Source: an uncultured Piscirickettsiaceae bacterium (lineage in GTDB: Bacteria > Pseudomonadota > Gammaproteobacteria > PS1 > Pseudothioglobaceae). Taken from it: a DNA stretch of 48,355 nt. This document shows positions 11,486-20,506 of the stretch, one piece after another. The notes beneath the pieces are model-generated. The model saw only the letters and a program-made list of their open reading frames with translations, ran no database searches and was not told the origin of the DNA. The position numbers and the translations under genes are program-made. Numbering within the stretch: position 1 is the first letter of the stretch; every line of letters starts with the position of its first letter. The DNA lies in contig CAYNES010000001.1 in the NCBI GenBank assembly GCA_964396315.1, positions 1-48,355 of the forward strand. Direction: 5' to 3'.

Positions 11486-12346
11486 ATGTCAAAGAAACAT
11501 CCTGTAATTGCAATCACTGGTTCTTCTGGAGCAGGCACATCTACAGTTAAAAATGCCTTCAAGCATATTTTTGAGAGAGTTGGCGCAAAGCCTGTTGTTA
11601 TTGAAGGAGACAGCTTCCATAAGTATGATCGCAAACAAATGGCGGTGGCTATGGAGAAGAAAAATAAAATAGGTAATAAGCATTTTAGTCACTTTGGTCC
11701 TGAAGCCAACCACTTTGATCTTATCGAAAAAACCTTTAAAGATTATGGCGAGAATGGTTACTGTAAAAGACGCTACTACATTCACACAGATGAAGAAGGC
11801 ATTCCGTTTGGAAGAAAGGCAGGAGAGTTCACAGAGTGGGAAGAGGCTGGAAGAGACAGTGACCTTTTATTTTATGAGGGCCTACATGGTGGAGTTAAAG
11901 ACGGGCCCATTGATACTGCAAGGTATGTAGATTTGCTGATTGGAGTTGTTCCGGTTGTGAATCTAGAATGGATTCAAAAAATTCATCGAGATAAAGAGCA
12001 TAGGGGTTATTCTGCAGAGGCTACAGTGGATACCATTCACAGAAGAATGTGGGACTATATTAACTATCTAACACCCCAGTTTTCAAGGACACACATTAAT
12101 TTTCAACGCGTTCCAACTGTAGACACTTCAAACCCCTTTATAGCCAGAGACATACCTACACAGGATGAAAGTTTTGTTGTTGTTAGGTTTCAAGACCACA
12201 ACTATTGTGATTTTGTTTATTTACAAGATATGGTGGCGGGGTCGTTTATGTCTAGACCAAACACGCTTGTTGTCCCGGGCGGAAAGATGGGTTTTGTAAT
12301 GGAGTTGATTTTAAGAGAGCAGGTAGAAAAAATGCTAAACCATTAA
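11486..12346 (+). CDS. prkB: phosphoribulokinase (proteobacterial type)
   Basis: MSKKHPVIAITGSSGAGTS, EGDSFH, YEGLHG, INFQRVPTVDTSNPF, RPNTLVVPGGK. Confidence 0.96.
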   Translation: MSKKHPVIAITGSSGAGTSTVKNAFKHIFERVGAKPVVIEGDSFHKYDRKQMAVAMEKKNKIGNKHFSHFGPEANHFDLIEKTFKDYGENGYCKRRYYIHTDEEGIPFGRKAGEFTEWEEAGRDSDLLFYEGLHGGVKDGPIDTARYVDLLIGVVPVVNLEWIQKIHRDKEHRGYSAEATVDTIHRRMWDYINYLTPQFSRTHINFQRVPTVDTSNPFIARDIPTQDESFVVVRFQDHNYCDFVYLQDMVAGSFMSRPNTLVVPGGKMGFVMELILREQVEKMLNH

Positions 12347-12363
12347 CAAATTAGCCTTGGCTG

Positions 12364-14823
12364 CTAGTCTTTAACAACAACATTAATCAACTTGTTTGGA
12401 ACAACAATAACTTTAATTATTTCTTTTTTTTCAGTAAACCCTTTAATCTTTTCATTTGATAAGGCAATCTCTTGAATGGTTTCATTATTTGAATCAAGCG
12501 GAGCCATAATTTTTGCTCTTAGTTTTCCGTTCACCTGGGCAATGATTTGCACATTATCTTGAACTAGCGCTGACTGATCTACCACGGGCCAATTTGAGTC
12601 TACCACCGCTGCTGACCCCCCTAATAAAAACCAAAGGTGGTGACAGACATGAGGCATTACTGGGCTAAGGCATTTAACCATTATCTCGATCGCTTCTTGT
12701 TTAATGGCCATGCCTTGATTTGAAGTATCTTCAAACCTAGCAATTGAATTATTCAGCTCCATCATGGTTGCAATTGCAGTATTAAACGAATGTCTTCTGC
12801 CAAAGTCGTCACCTACTTTTTGTAGCGCAAGGTGCGTTTTTTGGCGGACAGATTTTTGTTCATCGTTTAAATTTGAAAGATCTATTTCATCGAGTTTTGT
12901 ATCAATTTTCGAAGCTACAAAGCCAGTAACCAGCCTGTAGAATTTATTGATAAATCTGTGGGCCCCTTCTATCCCACTGTCAGACCATTCTAGATCTTGA
13001 GTTGGAGGCGCGGCAAACAAAATAAAGAGCCTTGCAGTATCAGCGCCATACTTTGAAATCATTTCCTGTGGGTCAACTGTATTCCCTTTTGACTTACTCA
13101 TTTTTGCACCATCTTTTAAAACCATGCCTTGAGTCAGAAGGTTTGTAAATGGCTCACCTGTATTAACAATACCCTCATCACGCAATAGTTTTGTAAAAAA
13201 ACGAGAGTATAAGAGGTGTAGGATGGCGTGTTCTATTCCCCCAACATATTGATCTACAGGAAGCCAGTAGTTTGCCCTCTCATCTAAAATTGCCTTTTTT
13301 TGATTCACGCAAGTATATCGTGCAAAATACCACGAAGACTCAAAAAAAGTATCAAAGGTATCTGTTTCTCTTTGAGCCTTCCTGCCACATTCTGGGCACT
13401 CAGTGTTGGCAAATTCCGGCATCTTTTTAAGGGGAGACCCTGCACCATCTATGGCAACATTTTCAGGTAGCCTTACCGGAAGTTTTTCAAGGGCTTCGGC
13501 AACATCGCCACAAGAAGGGCAGTTAATTATTGGTATAGGGCAGCCCCAATAACGCTGCCTTGATACCCCCCAGTCTCGAAGGCGGTAGTTTGTCTTTTCC
13601 TCGCCCATTGATAAGCTTGTTAGTTTTTTACTGATAGCGTCAAACGCCTTGTTAAAATCAAGTCCAGTAAACTCGCCTGAGTTGATTAGAAAGCCCTTTT
13701 CCACATAAGCCTCTTTTGATGTGTCAACTTGTCCACTGGCGTCTGAAATAACATCTACGATAGGTATGTTGTATTTTTTTGCAAACTCATAATCTCTTTG
13801 ATCGTGTGCAGGGACACTCATGACTGCGCCGGTACCATAGCCCATTAAAACAAAATTGGCGATCCAAATTGAAACCTCTTCGCCCGTCAGAGGGTGAATG
13901 CATTTAATGCCAGAATCAACCCCCCTTTTTTCCATTGTTTCCATTGCTGCTTCAGCCGTTTCCATTTTTTTACATTCTTCGAGAAAAGCTTGTATTTTTT
14001 GATTATCCTGTCCCGCTTTAATAGCAATAGGATGTTCTGCAGCAATAGCGAGATAAGTGACACCAAATAGAGTGTCAGGCCTTGTTGTATAAACAGTTAG
14101 AGAGTTAGAATCGTCTATCTTAAAATTAATATCAAGGCCTACGGATTTTCCTATCCAGTTTGTCTGCATCATTCTAACAGCATCTGGCCAGCCCTCAAGC
14201 TTTTGGATGTCCGCTAAAAGCTCGTCAGCATAATCTGTAATTTTCATATACCACTGAGTAATTTCTTTCTTTTCTACAGGGGCTCCTGATCGCCAACCAC
14301 AGCCCTCTACTACTTGCTCGTTGGCTAACACAGTTTGGTCAACCGGATCCCAGTTGACAACTGCTTTTTTCTTGTAGACTAGGTCTTTTTCAAAAAGCTT
14401 AATAAAGAACCATTGCTCCCACTTGTAATACTCTGGATGGCATGTTGCCAGCTCTCTTGACCAGTCGTAACCAAAACCTAATTCTACCAACTGCTCTTTC
14501 ATGTGAGTGATGTTTTCGTATGTCCAGCCTGCAGGAGGAACTTTATTTTTAATGGCTGCGTTTTCTGCTGGCAACCCAAAGGCATCCCACCCAATTGGCT
14601 GCATCACATTTTTGCCTAGCATTTTTTGGTATCTAGATATTACATCACCAATACTATAGTTTCGAACATGTCCCATATGAAGCCGTCCAGACGGATAAGG
14701 CAGCATAGACAGACAGTAATATTTCTCTTTGGTTGGGTCTTCAGTTACAATAAACGAGTTGTTTTTCTCCCAATAATCTTGGGCTTCTTGTTCAATAATT
14801 TTGGCGTTATATTTGTGATGCAT
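12364..14823 (-). CDS. leuS: leucine--tRNA ligase
   Basis: [18 protein letters not shown] editing domain, KMSKS. Confidence 0.99.
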   Translation of the reverse strand: MHHKYNAKIIEQEAQDYWEKNNSFIVTEDPTKEKYYCLSMLPYPSGRLHMGHVRNYSIGDVISRYQKMLGKNVMQPIGWDAFGLPAENAAIKNKVPPAGWTYENITHMKEQLVELGFGYDWSRELATCHPEYYKWEQWFFIKLFEKDLVYKKKAVVNWDPVDQTVLANEQVVEGCGWRSGAPVEKKEITQWYMKITDYADELLADIQKLEGWPDAVRMMQTNWIGKSVGLDINFKIDDSNSLTVYTTRPDTLFGVTYLAIAAEHPIAIKAGQDNQKIQAFLEECKKMETAEAAMETMEKRGVDSGIKCIHPLTGEEVSIWIANFVLMGYGTGAVMSVPAHDQRDYEFAKKYNIPIVDVISDASGQVDTSKEAYVEKGFLINSGEFTGLDFNKAFDAISKKLTSLSMGEEKTNYRLRDWGVSRQRYWGCPIPIINCPSCGDVAEALEKLPVRLPENVAIDGAGSPLKKMPEFANTECPECGRKAQRETDTFDTFFESSWYFARYTCVNQKKAILDERANYWLPVDQYVGGIEHAILHLLYSRFFTKLLRDEGIVNTGEPFTNLLTQGMVLKDGAKMSKSKGNTVDPQEMISKYGADTARLFILFAAPPTQDLEWSDSGIEGAHRFINKFYRLVTGFVASKIDTKLDEIDLSNLNDEQKSVRQKTHLALQKVGDDFGRRHSFNTAIATMMELNNSIARFEDTSNQGMAIKQEAIEIMVKCLSPVMPHVCHHLWFLLGGSAAVVDSNWPVVDQSALVQDNVQIIAQVNGKLRAKIMAPLDSNNETIQEIALSNEKIKGFTEKKEIIKVIVVPNKLINVVVKD

Positions 14824-14840
14824 TGCTGTACTATGATAAA

Positions 14841-15770
14841 TTAATTAAGACTTAATGAGCCGACAAGAGAGCCGATATTTTTGAGTCCGTGTGTGTCTAA
14901 GTAGTCGCTTATTCCGTCGTTAATTGATTTGCATACAAGCGGGTCATAAAACAATGCAGTTCCGATGCCTACTGTATCTGCGCCAGCAATTATAAACTCT
15001 ATTGCATCTTCTGCAGTAACTATCCCGCCCTGACCAATTATCGGTATGTTGTGTTTTTTGCTTACTTCATAAACTTGATGTACTTTGAGCAATGCAATTG
15101 GTTTGATTGCGGGGCCAGAAAGTCCGCCCTGATTATTTCCAATTATCGGTTGTTTTTTTTCTATGTCTATAGCCATCCCCATAACTGTATTGATAACTGC
15201 CAGCCCGTCGCTTCCAGCGTTAATGCAGCGCAAAGCGTTTTCAGCAATATCGGTTTGGTTTGGAGACAATTTTGTGATAATTGGCTTAGTAGTGTTCTTG
15301 CGACATATTTCAACTACGCGAAACGACATGTCCGGGTCGTTTCCAAAAGCAACACCCCCTTCTTTGACATTAGGGCAAGAAATATTGATTTCAATGGCGT
15401 CGATGTCGGTGTCATCAAAGTGTTTTGCTATCTCGCCATACTCCTCAACACTTGAACCAGATATATTAATAATAAAGCTAGTTTCATCTTTATCTAAAGA
15501 AGGCAATATCTCATTAATGACTAAATCAGTTCCTGGGTTTTGAAGCCCAATCGCATTTAGCATGCCGTTTGGCGTTTCTGCAATTCGATGGGCTTTGTTT
15601 CCAAGTCTAGGAGCTAGGGTTGTCCCCTTTAAACAAACAGCCCCCACATCTGAATTAGAAAACCCTTTTATTCGGGTGTATTCCTCACCAAACCCCACGC
15701 AGCCCGAGAGCAAAATGATTGGGGAGTTGAGAGACATTCCGCAGAAACTTGTTTTAAGATTATTTTGCAT
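14841..15770 (-). CDS. pyrD: dihydroorotate dehydrogenase, class 1 (1B-like catalytic subunit)
   Basis: [19 protein letters not shown] (catalytic Cys), [15 protein letters not shown]; no membrane anchor. Start placed at the second ATG (15770) because the first (15779) overlaps a TATAAT box. Confidence 0.93.
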   Translation of the reverse strand: MQNNLKTSFCGMSLNSPIILLSGCVGFGEEYTRIKGFSNSDVGAVCLKGTTLAPRLGNKAHRIAETPNGMLNAIGLQNPGTDLVINEILPSLDKDETSFIINISGSSVEEYGEIAKHFDDTDIDAIEINISCPNVKEGGVAFGNDPDMSFRVVEICRKNTTKPIITKLSPNQTDIAENALRCINAGSDGLAVINTVMGMAIDIEKKQPIIGNNQGGLSGPAIKPIALLKVHQVYEVSKKHNIPIIGQGGIVTAEDAIEFIIAGADTVGIGTALFYDPLVCKSINDGISDYLDTHGLKNIGSLVGSLSLN

Positions 15771-15829
15771 TGACGACATTATACTTTTATGGTGACTTTG
15801 GGGCTAGTAACTTGGTCTAAAATGTTGCT

Positions 15830-16471
15830 ATGAATGGAGTTTTTATTACTGGTAGCAATACAGAGGTTGGCAAAACAACTGTTTCGGTCGCAATAATTAG
15901 GCGCCTTAGAAAACAAAGACAAATCATAGTAAGAAAACCAGTTGAAACAGACTGCGAAATGGTTAATGGCAGCTATCTTCCCAAAGATGCAATTAAACTT
16001 AATGAAGCATGCTCTTCTGGAGAGGGCCTAGATTTGGTGTGTCCCTTTTGTTATGAGCTTGAAGCCAGCCCAGAAGAAGCCAGTCTCCACGCAGAAAGGC
16101 CACTAGAACTTGTTGATCTTGTTAAAGCCTGCAGGTCAAAGGTAGGCGAACATTTTGTTTTTGTTGAGGGTGCTGGAGGAATATACTCTCCTATTGCCAA
16201 CAATGCGCTTAATTCTGACTTAGCAGCGGAGCTTGGAATGCCAATAATTATTGTCGTTAAAGACGAGCTTGGAGCTGTTGGTCAGGCGCTAATGGCCATC
16301 AATGCTGCAAAGAGTCAAAAATTGAAAATAGCCTGTATTGTTCTCAATGAAATAGAGCCAAATCAGCTTTCAAATGCTAAAGCTTTGAGGGGCTATACCA
16401 AAACACGAATTGTAGAATATTCAAAAACTAAACTAGAACCTTTTTACTCAGAGATTGAAAAGCTAATCTAG
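15830..16471 (+). CDS. bioD: dethiobiotin synthase
   Basis: FITGSNTEVGKT, KPVET, VEGAGG motifs. Confidence 0.96.
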   Translation: MNGVFITGSNTEVGKTTVSVAIIRRLRKQRQIIVRKPVETDCEMVNGSYLPKDAIKLNEACSSGEGLDLVCPFCYELEASPEEASLHAERPLELVDLVKACRSKVGEHFVFVEGAGGIYSPIANNALNSDLAAELGMPIIIVVKDELGAVGQALMAINAAKSQKLKIACIVLNEIEPNQLSNAKALRGYTKTRIVEYSKTKLEPFYSEIEKLI

Positions 16472-16822
16472 AATTTTAAGACCTAGTTTTTTGCCGCCTT
16501 GTTCCTGACCGGTTTCTTTGTTGTCAAACATCATACCCTCGCCATTTTCTTGAGCATAAATAGACAAAACAGCATCACACGGAATAACAATTTTTTGAGG
16601 CTTTCCTTGAAACCTTGCTTTAAAACTTATTGCTTGATTGTTTATTATGCGACCAACTGTAGCAGAAGAGCTAATGTTTAATACCATTTTTCCATTTGCA
16701 TCATAACCTTCAGGAACAACCACGCCGGTCTTGTTGGTATCGACAAGCAAATACGGCGTATGATTGATATCCTCTATCCACTCACAATAAGCGCGAATAA
16801 GATAGGGAACAACTCCAGACAT
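16463..16822 (-). CDS. sspB: ClpXP adaptor SspB
   Basis: PYLIRAYCEWI..TPYL.VD, VLNIS, ARF.G, IYAQENGEGM; follows sspA. Confidence 0.95.
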   Translation of the reverse strand: MSGVVPYLIRAYCEWIEDINHTPYLLVDTNKTGVVVPEGYDANGKMVLNISSSATVGRIINNQAISFKARFQGKPQKIVIPCDAVLSIYAQENGEGMMFDNKETGQEQGGKKLGLKILD

Positions 16823-17452
16823 TTAGTTGAAGTCTTTTTCAGCAAAAGTAAGGCTATCATGAAAGCCCTCTTTTTCAAAGAGCCTGTTAGCATAATCTTT
16901 GATTGGCTTGGCTTTTTCGCCTAAAGATATACCAAGAACATCAAGTCGCCAAAGAATAGGAGCGATACACACATCAACAAGAGTCATGGTATCGCTTTTG
17001 AAGTAGGGCTTATGGGCAAAAAGTGGAAGAAGTTCCAGTAAGTTTCCATTTAAAGTTTTTCTGGCAGTGTCTGCCTCTTTTTTATTTCCATTGAGTATAG
17101 TTTTAACGAGTTCGTACCAGCAACCTTCTGCCCTTGTAAAACGATAGATCAGCAGTCTTTTTTCAGCTTTTTCAATAGGGTCGACAGGCAAAAGAGGCGG
17201 AAAAGGAAACCGCTCATCAAGATACTCCATGATGACTGAAAGATCATATAGCACCATGCCTCTATCAAAAAGGGTAGGCAGAGTTTCGCATGGATTAAGC
17301 TCTAAAACCTCTTCAGGCATCTCATCAAAGCTAACCTCTACAACCTCTCTTTCAATCGATTTATGAGCCATAATAAATCTTACCGCATGAGACTCGAGCT
17401 CTTGTGATGCAGAGTAAAGGGTGGTTGAGGCGGGGTTAGGTTTTGATAGCAT
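16823..17452 (-). CDS. sspA: stringent starvation protein A
   Basis: GST fold: LNP..LPTL.DR, IMEYLDERFP.PPLLPVDP; petC-sspA-sspB synteny. Confidence 0.95.
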   Translation of the reverse strand: MLSKPNPASTTLYSASQELESHAVRFIMAHKSIEREVVEVSFDEMPEEVLELNPCETLPTLFDRGMVLYDLSVIMEYLDERFPFPPLLPVDPIEKAEKRLLIYRFTRAEGCWYELVKTILNGNKKEADTARKTLNGNLLELLPLFAHKPYFKSDTMTLVDVCIAPILWRLDVLGISLGEKAKPIKDYANRLFEKEGFHDSLTFAEKDFN

Positions 17453-17527
17453 GTTTTTTACCAGTTTAATTAATAATACTCCTTCAGCAAAATGGTTGAA
17501 GGAACAGTTGGAAGATTGTATCAGAAT

Positions 17528-18214
17528 TTAATCGCGTCGTCTCCAAACGCCATACTTGACGTCTTTCCAGTATTCTTTTTTTAGCATGTAAACTAGGACA
17601 AACAGGACGCCTAAAAATAAAAGAACCCATTTTCCAAGTTGCAAGCGAATAAGCTTCGCTGGCTCTCCAACATAGTCTAAAAAGTTTGTTATATCACGAA
17701 CGCTATTGTCAAACTCTGCTTCAGATTGGGCTTCTCTTAGAGACCAAAGTGCATCAGGCATTGACGCATTAACAAGCACCTTGTTGTTAACACCAAAGAT
17801 TCTCGACTCGTCCTCATAGAAACTTCTCAAATAAGTATAAATCCAGTCTGTGCCTTTTGATCTTGCCACTAAAGACAGGTCAGGCGGCACACCACCAAAC
17901 CATGACGAGGCTGCTCCTTCAGGCATGGCGGTTGTAATATTCTCGCCTGTTTTGCTGCCTGCAAACATAAGATTTTCTTTTATCATTTCGTCTGAAAGAC
18001 CCAAATCCTCTCCAATTCGATTGTAGCGCATAAAGCTAATGGCGTGACAACCCGAACAATAGTTCATAAATAGTTTTGCTCCGTTTTGAAGAGAAGCGGT
18101 ATCCATAATATCTGTGTTTGCATGGTCAAGATGAGCTTTTTTGCCTGCGGCAAGCCCATTAAGCGAAACAAATGTCAATGAAAGAGCTAAGATTAGTGGT
18201 TTTATTGTTTTCAT
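17528..18214 (-). CDS. petC: cytochrome c1
   Basis: Signal peptide, CSGCH heme motif, PPDLS, C-terminal TM helix and KKEYWKD. Confidence 0.97.
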   Translation of the reverse strand: MKTIKPLILALSLTFVSLNGLAAGKKAHLDHANTDIMDTASLQNGAKLFMNYCSGCHAISFMRYNRIGEDLGLSDEMIKENLMFAGSKTGENITTAMPEGAASSWFGGVPPDLSLVARSKGTDWIYTYLRSFYEDESRIFGVNNKVLVNASMPDALWSLREAQSEAEFDNSVRDITNFLDYVGEPAKLIRLQLGKWVLLFLGVLFVLVYMLKKEYWKDVKYGVWRRRD

Positions 18215-18217
18215 AGC

Positions 18218-19441
18218 CTACTCCGTAACTCTTGCCGGCACTTCTTTTGTTTTGCCAATGGACGTATACCAAGGCATTAAAATAAAAAAAGCAAAATACA
18301 AGGCTGTAAAAATTCGTGCAAGTAATGCATTTACTGGAGTTACAGGCTGAACTCCTAGCCATCCAAGCATAATAAAGCTCACTACAAAAATACCAAGAGC
18401 CCACTTGTAAATAGAGCTTCTGTAGCGAATTGATTTAACAGGGCTTCTGTCCAACCATGGCAGGGCAAAAAAGATTAGTAGCGCCGCTCCCATTGCCAGG
18501 ACCCCAGGAAATTGAGATCCAAACAGTGGAGGGATGGCCCTTAATACTGAGTAGAAGGGCGTTAGATACCACAAAGGAGCAATATGCTCTGGTGTTTTTA
18601 GCGGATTAGCTTCAACAAAATTAGCATATTCAAGAAAGTATCCATTAAGAGCTGGAGCATAAAAAATCACAGCACATAAAAGCCACAAAAACCCAACAAC
18701 AACCATACTGTCTTTAATTGTAAAGTACGGATGGAAAGGAATGCCATCTTTAGGTATACCATCCTTGTCCTTGTTTTCTTTAATCTCGATACCATCAGGA
18801 TTGTTTGATCCCACATGGTGAAGCGCAACCAAATGCAAGAAAACAAGCACAACTAGAATTAATGGAAGTGCTATTACATGAAGCGAGAAAAAACGGTTTA
18901 AAGCAGCATCACCAACTGCATAATCACCTAATAGCCACACTAAAAGGTCTGGGCCAATTACAGGTACTGAGCCAAAAAGAGAAATGATTACTTGGGCTCC
19001 CCAAAAAGACATTTGGCCCCAAGGTAGGACGTATCCAAAAAACGCTTCAGCCATTAAGGCTATGTATAGAACCATTCCCAAGATCCAAAGCAACTCTCTT
19101 GGGCCCTTGTATGAGCCGTAAAGCAAAGCCCTATACATGTGAAGGTAGATAACAACAAAGAAGGCCGAGGCGCCGGTTGAATGGAGATATCTAACGAGCC
19201 AGCCCCATTCAACATCTCTCATAATATACTCTACAGAGGCAAATGCATTTGCTGAGTCTGGCTTGTAGTGCATTGTTAAAAAAATTCCAGTGAGAAACTG
19301 CATACCAAGCATAAGAATCGCTAGCCCTCCAAAGAAGTACCAGAAGTTAAAGTTTCTTGGCGTGTAGTATTCTGCTAAATGTTCATTCCAAACTTTAGAA
19401 AGAGGAAATCTTTTGTCTATCCAGCTTTGATTATTTTTCAT
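18218..19441 (-). CDS. petB: cytochrome b of the bc1 complex
   Basis: RYLHSTGAS, LPWGQMSFWGA, RFFSLH, HIAPLWY (Qo motif variant PLWY). ATG at 19441 preferred over TTG at 19450. Confidence 0.98.
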   Translation of the reverse strand: MKNNQSWIDKRFPLSKVWNEHLAEYYTPRNFNFWYFFGGLAILMLGMQFLTGIFLTMHYKPDSANAFASVEYIMRDVEWGWLVRYLHSTGASAFFVVIYLHMYRALLYGSYKGPRELLWILGMVLYIALMAEAFFGYVLPWGQMSFWGAQVIISLFGSVPVIGPDLLVWLLGDYAVGDAALNRFFSLHVIALPLILVVLVFLHLVALHHVGSNNPDGIEIKENKDKDGIPKDGIPFHPYFTIKDSMVVVGFLWLLCAVIFYAPALNGYFLEYANFVEANPLKTPEHIAPLWYLTPFYSVLRAIPPLFGSQFPGVLAMGAALLIFFALPWLDRSPVKSIRYRSSIYKWALGIFVVSFIMLGWLGVQPVTPVNALLARIFTALYFAFFILMPWYTSIGKTKEVPARVTE

Positions 19442-19450
19442 GTTCTTCAA

Positions 19451-20068
19451 TTACGTGTTTGTTTGATCAATTCCGATACGAATAAGTGAGTCTGTCACAT
19501 ATTGATATGGAGGTATTTCAAGGTTTGTTGGGGCAGGCACTCCAGCATAGACACGACCAGCAAGGTCAAACTTGGATCCATGACAAGGGCAATAGAAGCC
19601 CCCTTTCCAGCTGTCGCCCCCTAAGTCAGAAGCGCCCGGCTCAGGCCTGTAAGTTGGTGAGCAGCCAAGATGAGTGCAAACACCAACAATTACAGCAACG
19701 CTCTCTTTGTTTACAATAGAACGATAGTTTGAAGTTACATAATTAGGTTGCTGGTTTTTAGAATTGCCCGTTCCGTTTGGGTCCGCAAGCTTGTTAATTA
19801 GGTCCTCAGAGTTTAGGGCGTCTAAAGCAGACTCATCTCTTTTAAAAATCCAAACAGGTTTTTTTCGCCATAAAACGCGCACAAGCTGTCCTGATTCAAG
19901 CTTAGAAATGTCAACATCAACAGGGGCTCCAGCGGCCTTTGTTTTTGCAGAGGGCTTCCATGTTGACAAGAAAGGCCAGGCTGCAAAACCAACCCCAACT
20001 GCACCAACAACGCCAGTAGCGTTTGTCAAAAAGCGTCTCTTCTTTAGATCAATAGTTTGTTCAGACAT
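19451..20068 (-). CDS. petA: Rieske iron-sulfur subunit
   Basis: Tat motif KRRFL, CTHLGC and CPCHGS. Confidence 0.98.
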   Translation of the reverse strand: MSEQTIDLKKRRFLTNATGVVGAVGVGFAAWPFLSTWKPSAKTKAAGAPVDVDISKLESGQLVRVLWRKKPVWIFKRDESALDALNSEDLINKLADPNGTGNSKNQQPNYVTSNYRSIVNKESVAVIVGVCTHLGCSPTYRPEPGASDLGGDSWKGGFYCPCHGSKFDLAGRVYAGVPAPTNLEIPPYQYVTDSLIRIGIDQTNT

Positions 20069-20154
20069 ATGAATTTTTGGCGATGTTAAGTTTCAAAACC
20101 GCACTATTATAATGTATAGGGTTGATTTTTAAAAGCAAAAATGATTCAACTTAA

Positions 20155-20460
20155 CTAGTATTTTTTTTCATCAACCTTGATAGAGAGAGATTTAATCTCG
20201 GCTAGCCCATCAATTTTTTTTATGATTGATAAAAGTTTATTTTTTTGTTTCTTGGCACGAAAAGCAACTGAAGGGTTTTTTGCTGCAAGAAAGACCTTCT
20301 TGTTTTCAACTAAACATAGAGAAAGGCCGGCGAGCTCCTGAGGAAGTTCGTTCTGTAGAAGCGCATTAAAGCGATTGTGTGATTTGGCTTTTTCAAATAA
20401 AAGGCCTAGGCCTCCCTCAGGACTAAAATTTGTAGGGTTTTCTTTTGTTTTATCTTGCAT
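20155..20460 (-). CDS. DciA (DUF721)-like protein
   Basis: 101 aa divergent from secA (usual position); 'V.LAA.NPSVAFR.K.QK..LL..I' and terminal 'I.SLSIKV' fit the DciA KH-like pattern. Confidence 0.65.
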   Translation of the reverse strand: MQDKTKENPTNFSPEGGLGLLFEKAKSHNRFNALLQNELPQELAGLSLCLVENKKVFLAAKNPSVAFRAKKQKNKLLSIIKKIDGLAEIKSLSIKVDEKKY

Positions 20461-20506
20461 ATATGAGAAAATACCACAGTTTTGTCAACTAATGTTTTGT
20501 TCTTCA

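Noticed and set aside
17481-17502. Hairpin between petC and sspA as terminator
   Set aside because: Mismatched stem on the transcribed strand and no U-tract.
20375-20506. 44-aa N-terminal extension of SecA
   Set aside because: Overlaps the divergent dciA-like gene; SecA similarity begins at ATG 20507.
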